From: Octopus sinensis
Taxonomy: Eukaryota
DNA: 64,000 nucleotides
Direction of reading: 5' to 3'
Assembly (NCBI RefSeq): GCF_006345805.1
Contig: NC_043021.1
Span: forward strand, 15,190,001 to 15,254,000
The stretch's first letter is position 1; each line of letters opens with the position of its first letter. Below are positions 25,000 to 38,097 of this stretch, piece after piece. Under the pieces are notes generated by a model that was given only the letters and a program-made list of their open reading frames with translations, had not been told where the DNA came from and ran no database searches. The translations under genes were made by a program, and so were the position numbers.

Positions 25000-25268
25000 G
25001 CTTCTGTGCTGGTGGCACGTAAAAAGCCACGTAAAAAGCACCAACTGATTGTGGCCGATGCCAGACCCTCCTGGCACCTGTGCCGGTGGCACGTAAAAAG
25101 CACCCACTACACTCATGGAGTGGTTGGCGTTAGGAAGGGCATCCAGCTGTAGAAACACTGCCAGATCAGACTGGAGCCTGGTGCAGCCTCCTGGCTTCCC
25201 AGACCCCGGTTGAACCGTCCAACCTGTACTAGCACGGAAAATGGACGTTAAACGATGATGATGATGAT
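25000..25268 (+). mobile_element. SINE-like family C, (GAT)n-tailed
   Basis: GTGCCGGTGGCACGTAAAAAGCACC subrepeats, GTTGGCGTTAGGAAGGGCATCCAGC core, tail GTTAAACGATGATGATG; related copies at 12428, 13286, 25400, 42519, 45195, 55990 and 59648. Confidence 0.85.
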
Positions 25269-26389
25269 TGTCTTGAGAGGCACAGGCATTCTCAATTGCT
25301 TGACAAAATATTCTAAAATGTGTGTGTGTGTGTCTGTGGCTGTTGCCAGTGTTGTGTAAATGGTACCCGTGAAATTGTAGTCGTTGCTGGTGACATGTAA
25401 GTGGTATGTAAAAAGCACCCACTACACTCTGGAGAGTGATTGGCATTAGGAAGGGCATCCAACCATAGAAACTATGCCAAATCATACTGGAACCTGGTGC
25501 AGCTCTCTAGCTTACCAGTTCCAGTGAAACTATTTAACCTGTGCCAGCATGGAAAGTGGACGTTAAATGATGATGATAATATATTTATGTATATATGTTG
25601 AAAACGATCTCCCTCCAGTACTTCTTCTGCTAATTAGGTCACCTAGGTAACAAAAGCTATCGGCTATTTCTTAGGTGCTTTCTGAGCATTTGAAAGAATT
25701 CATGTACATGCATACACACGCACACACACACCCACACACATGACTGGCTTCTACACAGTTTCCATCTACCAGTTTCCAAATTCAGCTCTCAGGATATTTT
25801 TGATGAAGCCCAGGCTTTGGTAGATATTGTTTACACGATGTTTTGCATTGAACCCAGAACCACATGGTAGCGAAACAAGTTTCCTTAACGACACAAGTTT
25901 TCTTAATGACACAACCGTGCTGCCTCTCATCATTATATAATACTACACTTGGCGTGTTCATTTACAAAATTGCCCCATTAACCGAGTTTATATCATGTTT
26001 CACAAAGATATGTCAAATGGTTTAGAGCACTTAGAGCATCATTTACTTCTCACCCCAACCAACATGGTATGTCCATCCCATTATGTTTATTGAACTGCAT
26101 ACAACTTCCTTACTTTCTCACAGTATACTGCTGCACTGTTTAACAGGGCCAATTGACACACCTCTCGCAAACATAAATACCTGCTTTGTTTGACCTGTCA
26201 TCATTTATCGCCAAGCTGAACCTCGGACTTACAATGAAAGGCATTCTGGCCATGAGGGCCATCCTGTCTAACATTTTCTTTCTTTATTTAACTGTTTTGT
26301 CACCATATTTCCATTTGAATGCAGACTCTCTATTAATTTTGAAAATAATGGGGTCAGCAGAATAACTTTGTCTTTATTGACCCCTTTAG

Positions 26390-26730
26390 CATTTGAATTA
26401 TTCTGTCTAACATAATACTTATTTTTTGCATGGTTTTGAATTACTCATGCATTATCTTGTAGCTTTGAGATTTTGTGATGTGATTGTTTATTTTTAGAAT
26501 AACATTGTAGGATAGGTGTGAGAGGCTGAATATGAGCAGGTTGAATATTTGGGCTTGATATGGCTGGTTTAACCCTTTAGCATTTAAACCGGCCATATCC
26601 GGCCAAAAGTATTCTGCTTGTTCTATGGTCAAACCGGCCAGATCTGGTCTCTCACACCAACCCTATAATATCGTTTTAAAAATTAGCAGCTACCTCACCA
26701 AAATCTCATAGCTACAAGATAATTCATATA
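26390..26730. mobile_element. Two inverted copies of a second TTAA-terminated MITE family (P2) meeting at TTAACCCTTTAGCA
   Basis: 26569-26730 is the imperfect reverse complement of about 26430-26572; related fragments at 22480-22800, 46935-47050, 54010-54225 and 63660-63850. Confidence 0.6.
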
Positions 26731-26767
26731 TATATATATATAATATATATATATATAATATATACTA

Positions 26768-27000
26768 GGGTGGTGAGCTGGCAGAATTGTTAGCACGCTG
26801 GGCAAAATGCTTAGCAGTATTTCGTCTGCCGTTATGTTCTTGAATTCAAATTCTGCCAAGGCTGACTTTGCCTTTCATCCTTTCAAGGTTGATTAAATAT
26901 GTACCAGTTACACACTGGGGTCGATGTAATCAACTTAATCCCTTTGTCTGTCCTTGTTTGTCCCCTCTATGTTTAGCCCCCTGTGAGCAATAAAGAAATA
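26768..27000 (+). mobile_element. SINE family B
   Basis: Full family B sequence immediately after a (TA)n tract. Confidence 0.85.
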
Positions 27001-27014
27001 AATATACATACATA

Positions 27015-27392
27015 TCTTTTATCTTTTACTTGTTTCAGTCATTTGACTGCTGCCATGCTGGAGCACCGCTTTTAGTCGAGCAAATCGACCCCGGGACTTA
27101 TTCTTTGTAAGCCCAGTACTTATTCTATAGGTCTCTTTTTGCCGAACCGCTAAGTGACGGGGATGTAACACACCCAGCATTGGTTGTCAAGCAATACTAG
27201 GGGGACAACACAGACACACACACACACGCATACATACATATATATATACATATATACGACAGCTTCTTTCAGTTCCGTCTACCAAAATCCACTCACAAGG
27301 CATTGGTCAGCCCGGGGCTATAGCAGAAGACACTTGCCCGGAACCATGTAGTTGGTTAGCAAGCTACTTACCACACAGCCACTCCTGCGCCT
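27015..27392 (-). mobile_element. SINE family A (near full length)
   Basis: Reverse complement from tail to GGCGCAGGAGTGG head. Confidence 0.9.
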
Positions 27393-28739
27393 ATTTATGT
27401 ATTTATATATACTGTGAATATTTTTGTGATGAATTTTCATCTCAGAAATCTGGGTCTCTGCCACCTGCTACTCGTTATATATTTGGCTTTGTTTATCAGT
27501 GAGGCTAATTTCCTGTAAGAACCCTAAGTTTATGAGGTAGGTTAGACTTAAGAGTGCCTATAAAATTCCGTGGTCCTGTGTAGCAGTGGCATTCGCTGTC
27601 ACAAGTCTGCAGGTGATTCACTGACATCTTTATTTACATCCATAGTCACTTCAGTCAAGATTCACCCTCTTCCCCACCCTGAAACTCTGACACTATCTTA
27701 TCTCTCCGACTTAACAACCACAGGTGGTGGTTATAGTCCTCGATGTGACTGTGTGGTACGAAGTTTGCTCCTCAACTACATGGCTTCAGGTTCAGTCCTG
27801 TCTTCTGCTATAGTCCTGAGTCAACCAAAGCTTTGTGAGTCGATTTGGTAGATGGAAACTGAAAGAAGCTCAAGAAGCTCATCATGTGTGTATGTGCCTA
27901 TATATATATATATATATATAGGTGGAGGCATGCCTGTGTGGTTCTGGGTTCAGTCCTACTATGTGGCACCTTGGGCAAATGTTTTCTAGTATAGCCTGAG
28001 GCCGACCGAAGCCTTGTGAGTGAATTTGGGAGATGAAAACTGAAAGAAGCCTGTTGTGTCTATATATATGTATATATTTACTTGTGTGTGTCTTTCTGTC
28101 TTTGCCCTGCTATCACCACTTGACAATTAGTGTTGGTGTGTTTATGTCCCTGTATCTTAGCTGTTCAGCAAAATAATTACTTGGTTTAAAAAAAAATAAG
28201 TCCTGGGTTTGATTTGTTCGACTAAAAACCCTTCGAGGCAGTGCTCCAGCATGACCGCAGTCAAATGACCGAAACAAGTAAAAGAATATATATACATATA
28301 TATACATATATATACATATATGTGTGTGTGTGTTTGTATATTACTGTCTCTTTGCCATGACATCTTGTGATAGTTGTGTCACTGTCATGCCTCTGGCGTT
28401 CTTCGTTTCCAATCTCCCGTGCAAACGTATCTGGTTAGGAGGAATTAAATTATTACCTTACTCAGAAACAGGTGAGGGTTGGTGACCGGAAGGGCGTCCA
28501 GCTGTAGGAAAATCTAACTCAACGAATTTTTATTCGACCCATGCAAGCATAGAGAATTGAACATTAAAAACTATGATGATAATGATATATAAGAAAGAAG
28601 GTGCTCTGAAGCAATAAGCTATATTATTTTGTTCCCAGCTGAGTTCGAAGGTTATTAGGTACAAAGTGGGGTGATAATTTTCAAAAGACTCCATTACTTA
28701 TTTATCTATCATCTCCTCTCTCTCCCTTCTCTCTCTCAT

Positions 28740-28759
28740 ATTTATATACTATATTATAT

Positions 28760-28791
<32 letters not shown>

Positions 28792-28878
28792 ATATATAAT
28801 ATATATATATATATATATAGATATATATGTAATGTATATATATGTATGTATATATAGTATGTATGATGTATGTATATG

Positions 28879-28909
<31 letters not shown>

Positions 28910-28924
28910 GTATATATATGTATG

Positions 28925-28963
<39 letters not shown>

Positions 28964-29206
28964 GTATGTATATATATGTATGTATGTATATATTTATGTA
29001 TGTATGTATAATATGTATGTATGTAGTTATGTATGTATGTATATATATGTATGTATGTATGTATATGTATGTATGTATGTATAATGTATGTATGTATATA
29101 TATGTATGTATGTATATATATGTATGTATGTATATTATGTATGTATATATATGTATGTGTATGTAATATGTATGTATGTATGTATATGTATGTATGTATG
29201 TATATG

Positions 29207-29238
<32 letters not shown>

Positions 29239-29370
29239 TATATGTATGTATATATATATATATATGTATGTATATATATATATATGTATGTATATATATA
29301 TGTATGTATATGTATGTATATATATATATATATGTATGTATATATATATATATGTATATATATATATAAT
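28740..29370. repeat. Long (TA)/(TATG) microsatellite
   Basis: Direct inspection. Confidence 0.97.
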
Positions 29371-29754
29371 TTCAGTTTCTTGAGTTTTTGAGACTATCTT
29401 CTTGTTCAGTTTATTTGTTTTTTTTTTGTTTTTACTATTTCTTTATCTTCTCGACATTAACTTGATAAAAGGTGAACGCATTTCACCAGAGGTGAATCTC
29501 ATTTCATAGCGGCAGCCAACAGCCAACGTTGATAAGTCATCGTTTGTTATTAACAGTGAGTTTGTTTGTTTTTAGATTGCTCACAACTTAGTCAAAAGAG
29601 GAAGGACAGTAGACTCGACCTTATTGTAGGGCTACAGAGACTTATGGAAGAGGAGAAAGAAGGAAAGAAACAGCTCTGTATTGGTTTCCGCAGTTGGGTG
29701 CAGCACATTAGGACAGTGCACTATTCTCAAGCAGTGGTTCTCAACTTGAACGGT

Positions 29755-30152
29755 AGCAGGAGTGGCTGTGTGGGAAGTAGCTTGCTTACCAACCACATGG
29801 TTCCGGGTTCAGTCCCACTGCGTGGCACCTTGGGCAATTGCTTCTACCTCTACCTCGTGCCCCTACCAAAGCCTTGTGAGTGGATTTGGTAGACGGAAAC
29901 TGAAAGAAGCCTGTCGTATATATATATATATGTGTGTGCATGTGTGTTTGTGTGTCTGTGTTTGTCCCCCTAGTATTGCTTGACAACCGATGCGGGTGTG
30001 TTTATGTCCCCCGTTACTTAGCAGTTCGGCAAAAGAGACCGATAGAATAAGCACTGGGCTTACAAAGAATAAGTCCCGGGGTTGAGTTGCTTGACTAAAG
30101 GCGGTGCTCCAGCATGGCCGCAGTCAAATGACTGAAACAAGTAAAAGAGAGT
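29755..30152 (+). mobile_element. SINE family A (full length)
   Basis: Head to GACTGAAACAAGTAAAAGAG tail. Confidence 0.9.
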
Positions 30153-30984
30153 AATCCCTTTGCAGGATGTTGTCAGCTCTTGTTATCAACATCATCATCA
30201 TCATCGTTGTTAACTTCCACTTTTCCATGCTTAACGTGAGTCAGGCAGAATTTATGGAGGCAATTTTGCTACGGCTGGGTGCCATTCCTGTTGCCAACCC
30301 ACACTTTGTTTCCGAATAAAGTAATATTCCCCCAAGTCCAGACATGTTTTCAGGGAAGACTGGAAACAAACAACATTGCTTGTATGATGATGATGATGAT
30401 GATGTTTACAATCAGTGAATGATGTCAAAATAAAAGTCTACACACACACGCTTTTATTCCTTTACTTGTTTCAGTCATTTGACTGTGGCCATGCTGGAGC
30501 ACCGCCTTTCGTTGAGCAAATTGACTCCAGGACTTATTCTTTGTAAAGAGTATAATATAATATAATATAATATATATATATAATGTATGAATGTGTACCA
30601 ATTTTCTCATTTGCGTATCCTGAGGTCTGCTTGCTTCTTCCCTAGTTTTGCATGTGCAGTTGCTCTCTGCATACCACTAGGCGCATACCACTTAGCATCT
30701 AGAATCTTCTACTGAGTAACACCTACCAGTGCTTATTTTTTCTTTTTTTTGCACAACCCCCTCTCTCACCCCCCATCTATTAAACTGGTGATAAATGTAA
30801 ACATTATATATAACTGACAGGTGTGAACTCTGCTGAGAAAAAAGGGGGAAAAAAAATTCAGGTGTTTGATGGAAGCCTGATAAGTTGGTATTCTGTTATA
30901 CGTGAAGGTAGCTTTTCTGTTTTTATATAACACACACACACACACACACATATGTTTGTATGTATATATGTATGCATGTATAAT

Positions 30985-31052
<68 letters not shown>

Positions 31053-31189
31053 CACATACATATATATAGTTGTCATCTTCTACATCTGCATGTACATTTA
31101 CCTGATTACTTTGCTTCTCTTTGTCTTACAGATGCATGTTTACCTTACCTATCTGCGTTTTTCTGTCTGTCTGTTTGTCTCTCACCTGT

Positions 31190-31279
31190 GTATAATGTAT
31201 CTGTTTACCTGTCTTTTTCATTATATATATATATATATGTAATAATGATATATATATATATATATATAACTATATATAT

Positions 31280-31310
<31 letters not shown>

Positions 31311-31495
31311 GTATATATATATATGTATATATATATGTATATGTATATATATTATATATATATGTATATGTATATATATATGATATATATATATATATAA
31401 TATGTATATATATATATATTATAATATATATATATGTATATGTATAGATATTATATATATATATATATATATAGATATATATATATATATATATA

Positions 31496-31564
<69 letters not shown>

Positions 31565-31647
31565 TAATGTATATATATATACATATATATGTATATAATA
31601 TATACATATAATATATTTATATATATACATTATATATGTATATATAT

Positions 31648-31678
<31 letters not shown>

Positions 31679-31703
31679 CATATATATGTATATAATATAT
31701 AAT

Positions 31704-31734
<31 letters not shown>

Positions 31735-31746
31735 CATATATATATG

Positions 31747-31780
<34 letters not shown>

Positions 31781-31905
31781 CATATATATACATATATATA
31801 CATATATATATATATACATATATATACATATATATACATACATAATATATACATATACATATATATATACATACATACATACACATATATTATGTATGTG
31901 TATGT
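31190..31905. repeat. About 700-bp (TA)-rich compound microsatellite
   Basis: Direct inspection. Confidence 0.97.
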
Positions 31906-32713
31906 GTGTCTTTCTTTCCATAATTTTACATTTAGTAGTCAATCTAGTTTCCGCCTGAAACACACGTGATGATGATGATGATGATGATGAAGTTGTAGGT
32001 CATGTAACTTAAGCTGCTTTTTTTTCAATTTATTCCCCCCACTCCCTTCCCTTCTCCTATGACATCATCGTTGTCACCGCCACCACCACCACCGTCACCC
32101 CCCTCCATTTAGATCTCTGCAAGTTCCAGGAATTGTATCAATGAAACAAATTTTCAAGTACATCTTGAATGATTTCATTGATTCTGTCTTTTCTTTTTTT
32201 TTCGTTTCTTTTTCTCTCTTTCTCTCTTTTTTTTTTTTTTTGGTTCTGTGTTATAATTCTTGGATAGATAGCGCTGTTAGTGATCCTGCACCCCCCCCAC
32301 CTTTCAGTTAAATGCAGAAATTTTTTTTATCTTGTTTAGAACTATAAAATATCTGTGCTAAAGCATTTTAGTTTAAATATGTCACTGCCAGCGCACATTC
32401 AACATTAACATTGCAGGTCAACAATAGATACACTATGTGGTTGCTTGACTTACTAGAAATAAGTGAAATATTCCTCATTGTTACACCTTTCTTCCCATAT
32501 TCTCTGCCCACTATTTCTGGGAGGGTCATTGGAGTAGAGTCCTTGGGCACCTCCTTTATAAGGCTGTATCAGTAGTAACCAACATAACACATTTTTGCTA
32601 GATTCCTAAATGAGACTTTCAGAAGCTATGAATATTCAACTATTCTTTGTTCTCTGAGCCCTTTTTTGTTATATGCCTATATCACTTCTTCTCTGTTGGT
32701 ATTTTATAATACT

Positions 32714-32941
32714 TATTTCTTTACTACCCACAAGGGGTTAAACAGAGAGAGGACAAACAAGGACAGACAAACGGATTAAGTCGATTATATCGACCCCAGT
32801 ACGTAACTGGTACTTATTTAATCGACCCCAAAAGGATGAAGGGTAAAGTCGACCTCGGCAGAATTTGAACTCAGAACGTAGCAGCAGACGAAATACGGCT
32901 AAGCATTTCGCCCGGCTTGCTAACGTTTCTGCCAGCTCACC
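32714..32941 (-). mobile_element. SINE family B with 19-bp target-site duplication
   Basis: GTTGGTATTTTATAATACT at 32695-32713 and 32942-32960 flanks a complete minus-strand copy. Confidence 0.95.
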
Positions 32942-32974
32942 GTTGGTATTTTATAATACTGGTATAGAATCCAG

Positions 32975-33310
32975 TGTGAAGGTGCATAGTTTAGTGGTTA
33001 CGGTATTTGGTTCACGATCATAAGGGTCACGAGTTCGATTTCCAATGGCCTGTTGTGCCCTGGAGCAAAACATATTATTTCTCGTTGCTCCAGATCACTC
33101 AGCTGACAAAAATGATTTGTACCTGTAATTCAAAGGGTCAGCCTTGTCATTCTGTATCACGTTGAATCTCCCTGAGAACGACTTTGAGGGTACATGAGTT
33201 TGTGGAGTGTCCAGCCACCTGCATGTAATTTCCACAAGCAGGCTGTTCCATTGATTGGATCGACTGGAACACTCAGTGTTATAACTGACAGAGTGCCATG
33301 AATTATGTCC
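32975..33310 (+). mobile_element. tRNA-headed SINE family D (old copy)
   Basis: TAGTTTAGTGGTT (A-box-like) and GAGTTCGATTTCC (B-box-like), followed by CTGGAGCAAAAC...CACTCAGCTGACAAAAATG, shared with 57582-57822 and 48925-49115. Confidence 0.7.
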
Positions 33311-33424
33311 AGTGTCTGTATGTCCCTGTTCTGTCATGTGTGCATATATTCCGTCTTGACTGAGACTGGACAATCAGTGTTAACAGGATTAATTTAAGTA
33401 AATATCGCCAGACGTTACAGGAGG

Positions 33425-33835
33425 TTTTCACTCATCCATTTTCTCTGCCTTTGGAGAGCTCTGGGAGTAGAGTCCTCAACACTTGCCCCATAGGGTCCTA
33501 ATCAGAAGCAACTGTTGTTGCGTTTCCTTGATGGATTCCCAAGCATGACCAACCAACTGAAACAATGGCTATTATCCAACTATCTCATTCTTGGTCTACT
33601 CCTAGGTCTCCTACCAGTTGGCCCAGTTTGAAGAATCTAATCACATGTCCATAGTATCAGCGGTGTGATTTCTCAATGCAGTGAAGTAGTGGTTCGACCT
33701 GGAGAGATTCCATGATCTCTTAGCTATGCACCCTGTCAAGTAACATTACCCCAAAGACTATTCAGAGGGGCCCCATTTTGGCTAGTTGTATTCACAATCA
33801 CACTCTTTTGGTCATTGCCCAACATTCATGATCAT
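33425..33835 (-). mobile_element. Highly decayed RTE-clade LINE 3' fragment
   Basis: Manual minus-strand translation gives YDHECWAMT...EIMESLQVEPLLHCIEKSH..YYGHVIR with stops, matching RTE C-terminal motifs. Confidence 0.65.
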
Positions 33836-34174
33836 AGGCAAGGACAGGCATGGAAATCAAAATGAAGATAGCAAGCAGTTAAAAGTTTAAAGTTCATTAT
33901 AAAGAATTATTAATTCATTGTTGTTTAGCTCCAGGTCCACCCTGATCTCTTATTTTGAGGCACAATGTATCCAGGACTACATTATCTAATTTGTTCTTTT
34001 TTCTATTTTTAACTTATTTGTTATTGTATTTCTGTTGAATTAATTGTTTCAATTAATTGTAAAAGAAAAACAAAACAAAAACAAAAACCTTTGTAAAAAT
34101 AACTTTGTCATCATTAAAAGCTTTTGTTTGAAACATAATTTAACATGAAATGAATGGTTTTAATTCAGATCACT

Positions 34175-34385
34175 TTAACCCTTTAGTTACCATATTTCTG
34201 TTGAAATACACTGCATTGGTTTCAATTAATTGTGAAAGTAATGAAGAATTCGGTAAAACAACTGTCATTATTAAGCTGGTGTTTGGAATAGAAATTAACA
34301 TGAAATTTTGATGATGGTTTTAATTTAGATTACTTGTAGCTTAGAACCAGGGTAACCTCAGGCTGTTTGGTTTCAAAAGGGTTAA
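34175..34385. mobile_element. piggyBac-type MITE P1
   Basis: TTAACCCTTT...CAAAAGGGTTAA. Confidence 0.75.
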
Positions 34386-36113
34386 TGACTGTAAGGTGTG
34401 AGTTGAAGGAGAATTGACAAGATTTAGCAAGTCGGGTTAAGTGATTGTGTATAGAGTCCCTCATCCACTTGTGGACTTTGGCTGTTTTATGCAATAAGTA
34501 GACCCAGCGGAACTGACCGAAATAATATTCACCCTCCCCTTCTCGCCTAGTATGCTTAATAGTTAAATAGAAAGTTGAAAGGAAGTGTCGATATGAATAA
34601 ATTTATATTTATTGTTATAGGTGTAAGATATCTTCATTAACTTCCAGCAGATTAATTGCTGATGATTACTGCTCTGTTTAATTGCAGACATTTCATGAAA
34701 TCAATGTTGACAGAATTCGGTCATTACCAAACCTCTCTGTGAAGCTGCCATTGTATTTAGTTCTGGAAGTGTTTTAGACACTTTCAAAGAAATAATTCAT
34801 TTAGTGGCGCTGTGTGCATAATTGAAGTATCCGAATTCCAGGTAGTGTTTGCATAGGCATCTGGTGAAGTTTAACGGAACATTAACAGCATTAAGTGCAA
34901 TGGTGTCGGAGTGCCTGACAAGGTCATGGGGACTGCTTCCTTCCTCTAGACTCAGCAGGTGAAAAATACTAAATAAATAAAATTTTAAAAAATTTATCAT
35001 GCATGGCCGTGTAGTTAAGAAGCTTGCTTTGCAACTGCATGGTTTTGGGTTCAGCTCCACTGCACAGCACCTTGGCCAAGTAATGCCTTATGAATGAATT
35101 TGATAGATGGAAACTGTGGAAGCCTGTCATGTGTGTGTGTGTGTGTGTTTGTCCTCCTGTACTGCTTGACAGCCATTGTTAGTTTGTTTACATCCCCATA
35201 ACATAGCAGTCTGGCAAAAGAAACTGACAGGATATGTACCATATTTAGGAAAAACTAATAAGTCCTGGGGTTGGTTTGTTTAACTAAACCCTACAAGGCA
35301 GTGCCCCAGTTTGGCCACAGTCCAGTGAGTGAAACAAGTGAAAGACAGAAGATGCTAAAGAATTAAAGAGTAAGGCTATGACCTTCCTTGAGGGTCTGTT
35401 GTTTCACTTTAGTAGAAATATGTTTGGCTGGGGGTTAAATGTACTTCACATACACATTATTGTTCCTTTGCTCTGGACAGATCAAGCTGGCCTATGGTCA
35501 ATGCATTCCATCCATGACTGTCTCGTCTAAGTTTTACACAATGTATCCACATCTCTGTCTTTATATGTCCAAGGGATCATGACATACCTATGCTTAAGTA
35601 AGGTAGGGATTTTGAAATGAATTTTGCTGCTATTTCTAACAGGTTGTGCGACCATATAAAGGCTCTCTGAGCATGTAAATTTCTAATATAAGTTATGCAA
35701 GTTAACCCTTTAACTCCTTTGTTGCCATATTTATATTAAAATACACTGCTTTTGTTTCGATTTTGAAAATACAGAAGAGTTTAGTAAAATAATTGTTGTT
35801 ATTAAGCTGGGGTGCTGTGTGGGGATTGACTTGTCAAAGAATAGACCAAACATTTCCTCTTCGTATCGGAAAAAGTCACTAAAAGAGGTTTAGACAGGAT
35901 CTGCTCTCTGACCTCGTTAAAAATCCCTCACCAGCTTCAACTACTCAAACAGACCCTTGGGTTGGAATGTTATCGCCTGAGTGGTGCAAAGGTGTCATCT
36001 GCCAGGAGTAGGGGAATCACCAACAAATGGTGAATGCAGCAACATGCTGTTACAGTGCATGTCTCCATCATGCTGCTGCTGCTAATAATAATAATAATGA
36101 TAATAATAATAAT

Positions 36114-36880
36114 ATGCAGTACCAAGCAGTGGCTCTCATGGCTTCTGATCTTAACTGATTGGAAGTGTTATCATGTACATTGTTTTGTCTTGGTATAAAA
36201 GATGGGCTACAGCAAATATTCTGCTCAATACCACAGATTTGCTTGTCAGTTGTTTGACCTTAACCAGTTGAGCATGTCCCTTAGTGGCTGACGATATGTG
36301 CATCTCTGATCACGAGCAGAAGTAGTGGGGGAGCATCATAGCCATGTGTTGAGAGGTATTCTTTGGGGTTTGAATAATTCACCTCTGGAAACATGGGTGG
36401 TTCTTTCAACATCCTTAAACAACCCTTATTCAGGGACCTTTTGAGCAGGATGGGCTACTCAACCTGAAGAAATTTCTAACTGGGCCCCACCTGCAAGGTC
36501 ATGTCCTGTTTATCTTGGTATGAGAACACCATGTCGCGCACATATGGTTGTGATGCATGTGCCTGGTGTACCCTTATCAGACGGGTGGTCATGATGGGTA
36601 AACTGGGCTTCGTATTATTTTACCCCAGTGTCACTTTGATGGCATGAACTGCTCTCTCACTCAATAATAATAATATAATAATAATAATAATAATTCTAAC
36701 TGGGCCCCACCTGCAAGGTCATGTGCTGTTTATCTTGATATGAGATCACCATGTCGCACACGTATAGTTGTGATGCATGTGCCTAGTGTACCCTTATCAG
36801 ACGGGGGTCATGATGGGTAAACTGGGTTTCGTATATTTTACCCCAGTGTCACTTTGATGACATGCACTGCTCTCTCACTC

Positions 36881-36939
<59 letters not shown>

Positions 36940-37159
36940 TCTAACTGGGCCCCACCTGCAAGGTCATGTGCTGTTTATCTTGATATGAGATCACCATGTC
37001 GCACACGTATAGTTGTGATGCATGTGCCTAGTGTACCCTTATCAGACGAGTGGTCATGATGGGTAAACTGGGTTTCGTATATTTTACCCCAGTGTCACTT
37101 TGATGACATGCACTGCTCTCTCACTCAATAATAATAATAATAATAATAAATAATAATAA
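36114..37159. repeat. About 550-bp (TAA)n-flanked element plus two extra copies of its terminal 190 bp
   Basis: Unit TTCTAACTGGGCCCC...CTCTCTCACTCA at 36474, 36694 and 36939, each followed by (TAA)n. Confidence 0.9.
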
Positions 37160-37869
37160 GCTGGTTTGGAACATAAAATGAAATTTTATTTTAATTTAGT
37201 TCACTATAAAACAGGAAATTTGTATCACAGAACCAGGAATGGTTCTCAGGTGTGCTGCTACCGGGTTAAACCTTTTGTTAGCAAATTTCTGTTGGAATTC
37301 ATTTAGTTTCTGTTAGTGTTGGAACTAATGAAGAATTTAGTAACATAATAGTCATTATTAAGCTGGTGCTGGAACAGAAATTGGAATGAAATTTTGATGG
37401 AAGGTTTTGATTTGGATCACTTTAAAACAGGAAATTTGTATCATTAGAACCAGGGATAGTTCTCAGGCAGGCTACTATCGAGAGTAAATTCTTTTGTTGC
37501 CATATTTCTGTTGAAATACACTGCTCTAGTTTCAGTTAGTTTTAAAAAATATGAAGAATTTATGAAAATAACTTTGTCATTATTAATTAAGCTGGTGTTT
37601 AGAATACAAGTTGACATGAAATTTTGATGGAAGGCTTTCAGACTACCTTAAAACAGGAAATTTGTATCATAGTCTCAAGGGTGGTCTGAGTGGGTCGGGA
37701 AAACTGTTTAGAATATAACTTTGTAATTTAGAATTAAAAATTTTTTTTAATTTTTTTTTTTTTTTTTTTTACTGGACTTTCATTGGACTGTGGTCATGCT
37801 TCAGCACTAGCTTCAAAAGTTTAGTTGATCAAATTTACCTCAATTTTTACATTTTAACCCTTTAGCATT

Positions 37870-38097
37870 TACATTATTTACATTTGATGGATATTTCTCC
37901 TCATCTTTGTTGTTAACACAACGTTTTGGCTGATATACCTTCAAGCCTTCATCAGGTGTCTTGGGGAAATTTTGCACCTGGGTTCTCATTCCTAAGCACT
38001 TTTCAATGTTATTATTATTATTCAGGTCCCTGCCTGGAATTGAACTCGGAATCCTGGGGTTAGTAGCCTGTGCTCTTAGCCATATGCCCGTGGGCAT
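37870..38097 (-). mobile_element. tRNA-headed SINE-like element carrying a hammerhead motif (family H3)
   Basis: Minus strand: TGGCTAAGAGC (A-box-like)...GAGTTCAATTCC (B-box-like), (AAT)n linker, hammerhead motif, (TGTAAATAA)-like tail. Confidence 0.75.
37915..37960 (-). ncRNA. Minimal type-I hammerhead ribozyme motif; this copy has G12->A
   Basis: GACAC-CTGATGA-A-GGCT-tgaaggtatatc-AGCC-AAAA-CG-TT-GTGTT: exact CUGAUGA core, stems I and II pair, ACGT palindrome as helix III. Confidence 0.65.

Noticed and set aside
38023-38097. tRNA gene-like sequences (also at 4418, 17001, 32975, 57750)
   Set aside because: A/B boxes are present, but no complete acceptor stem or cloverleaf, and they run into SINE bodies; treated as SINE heads.
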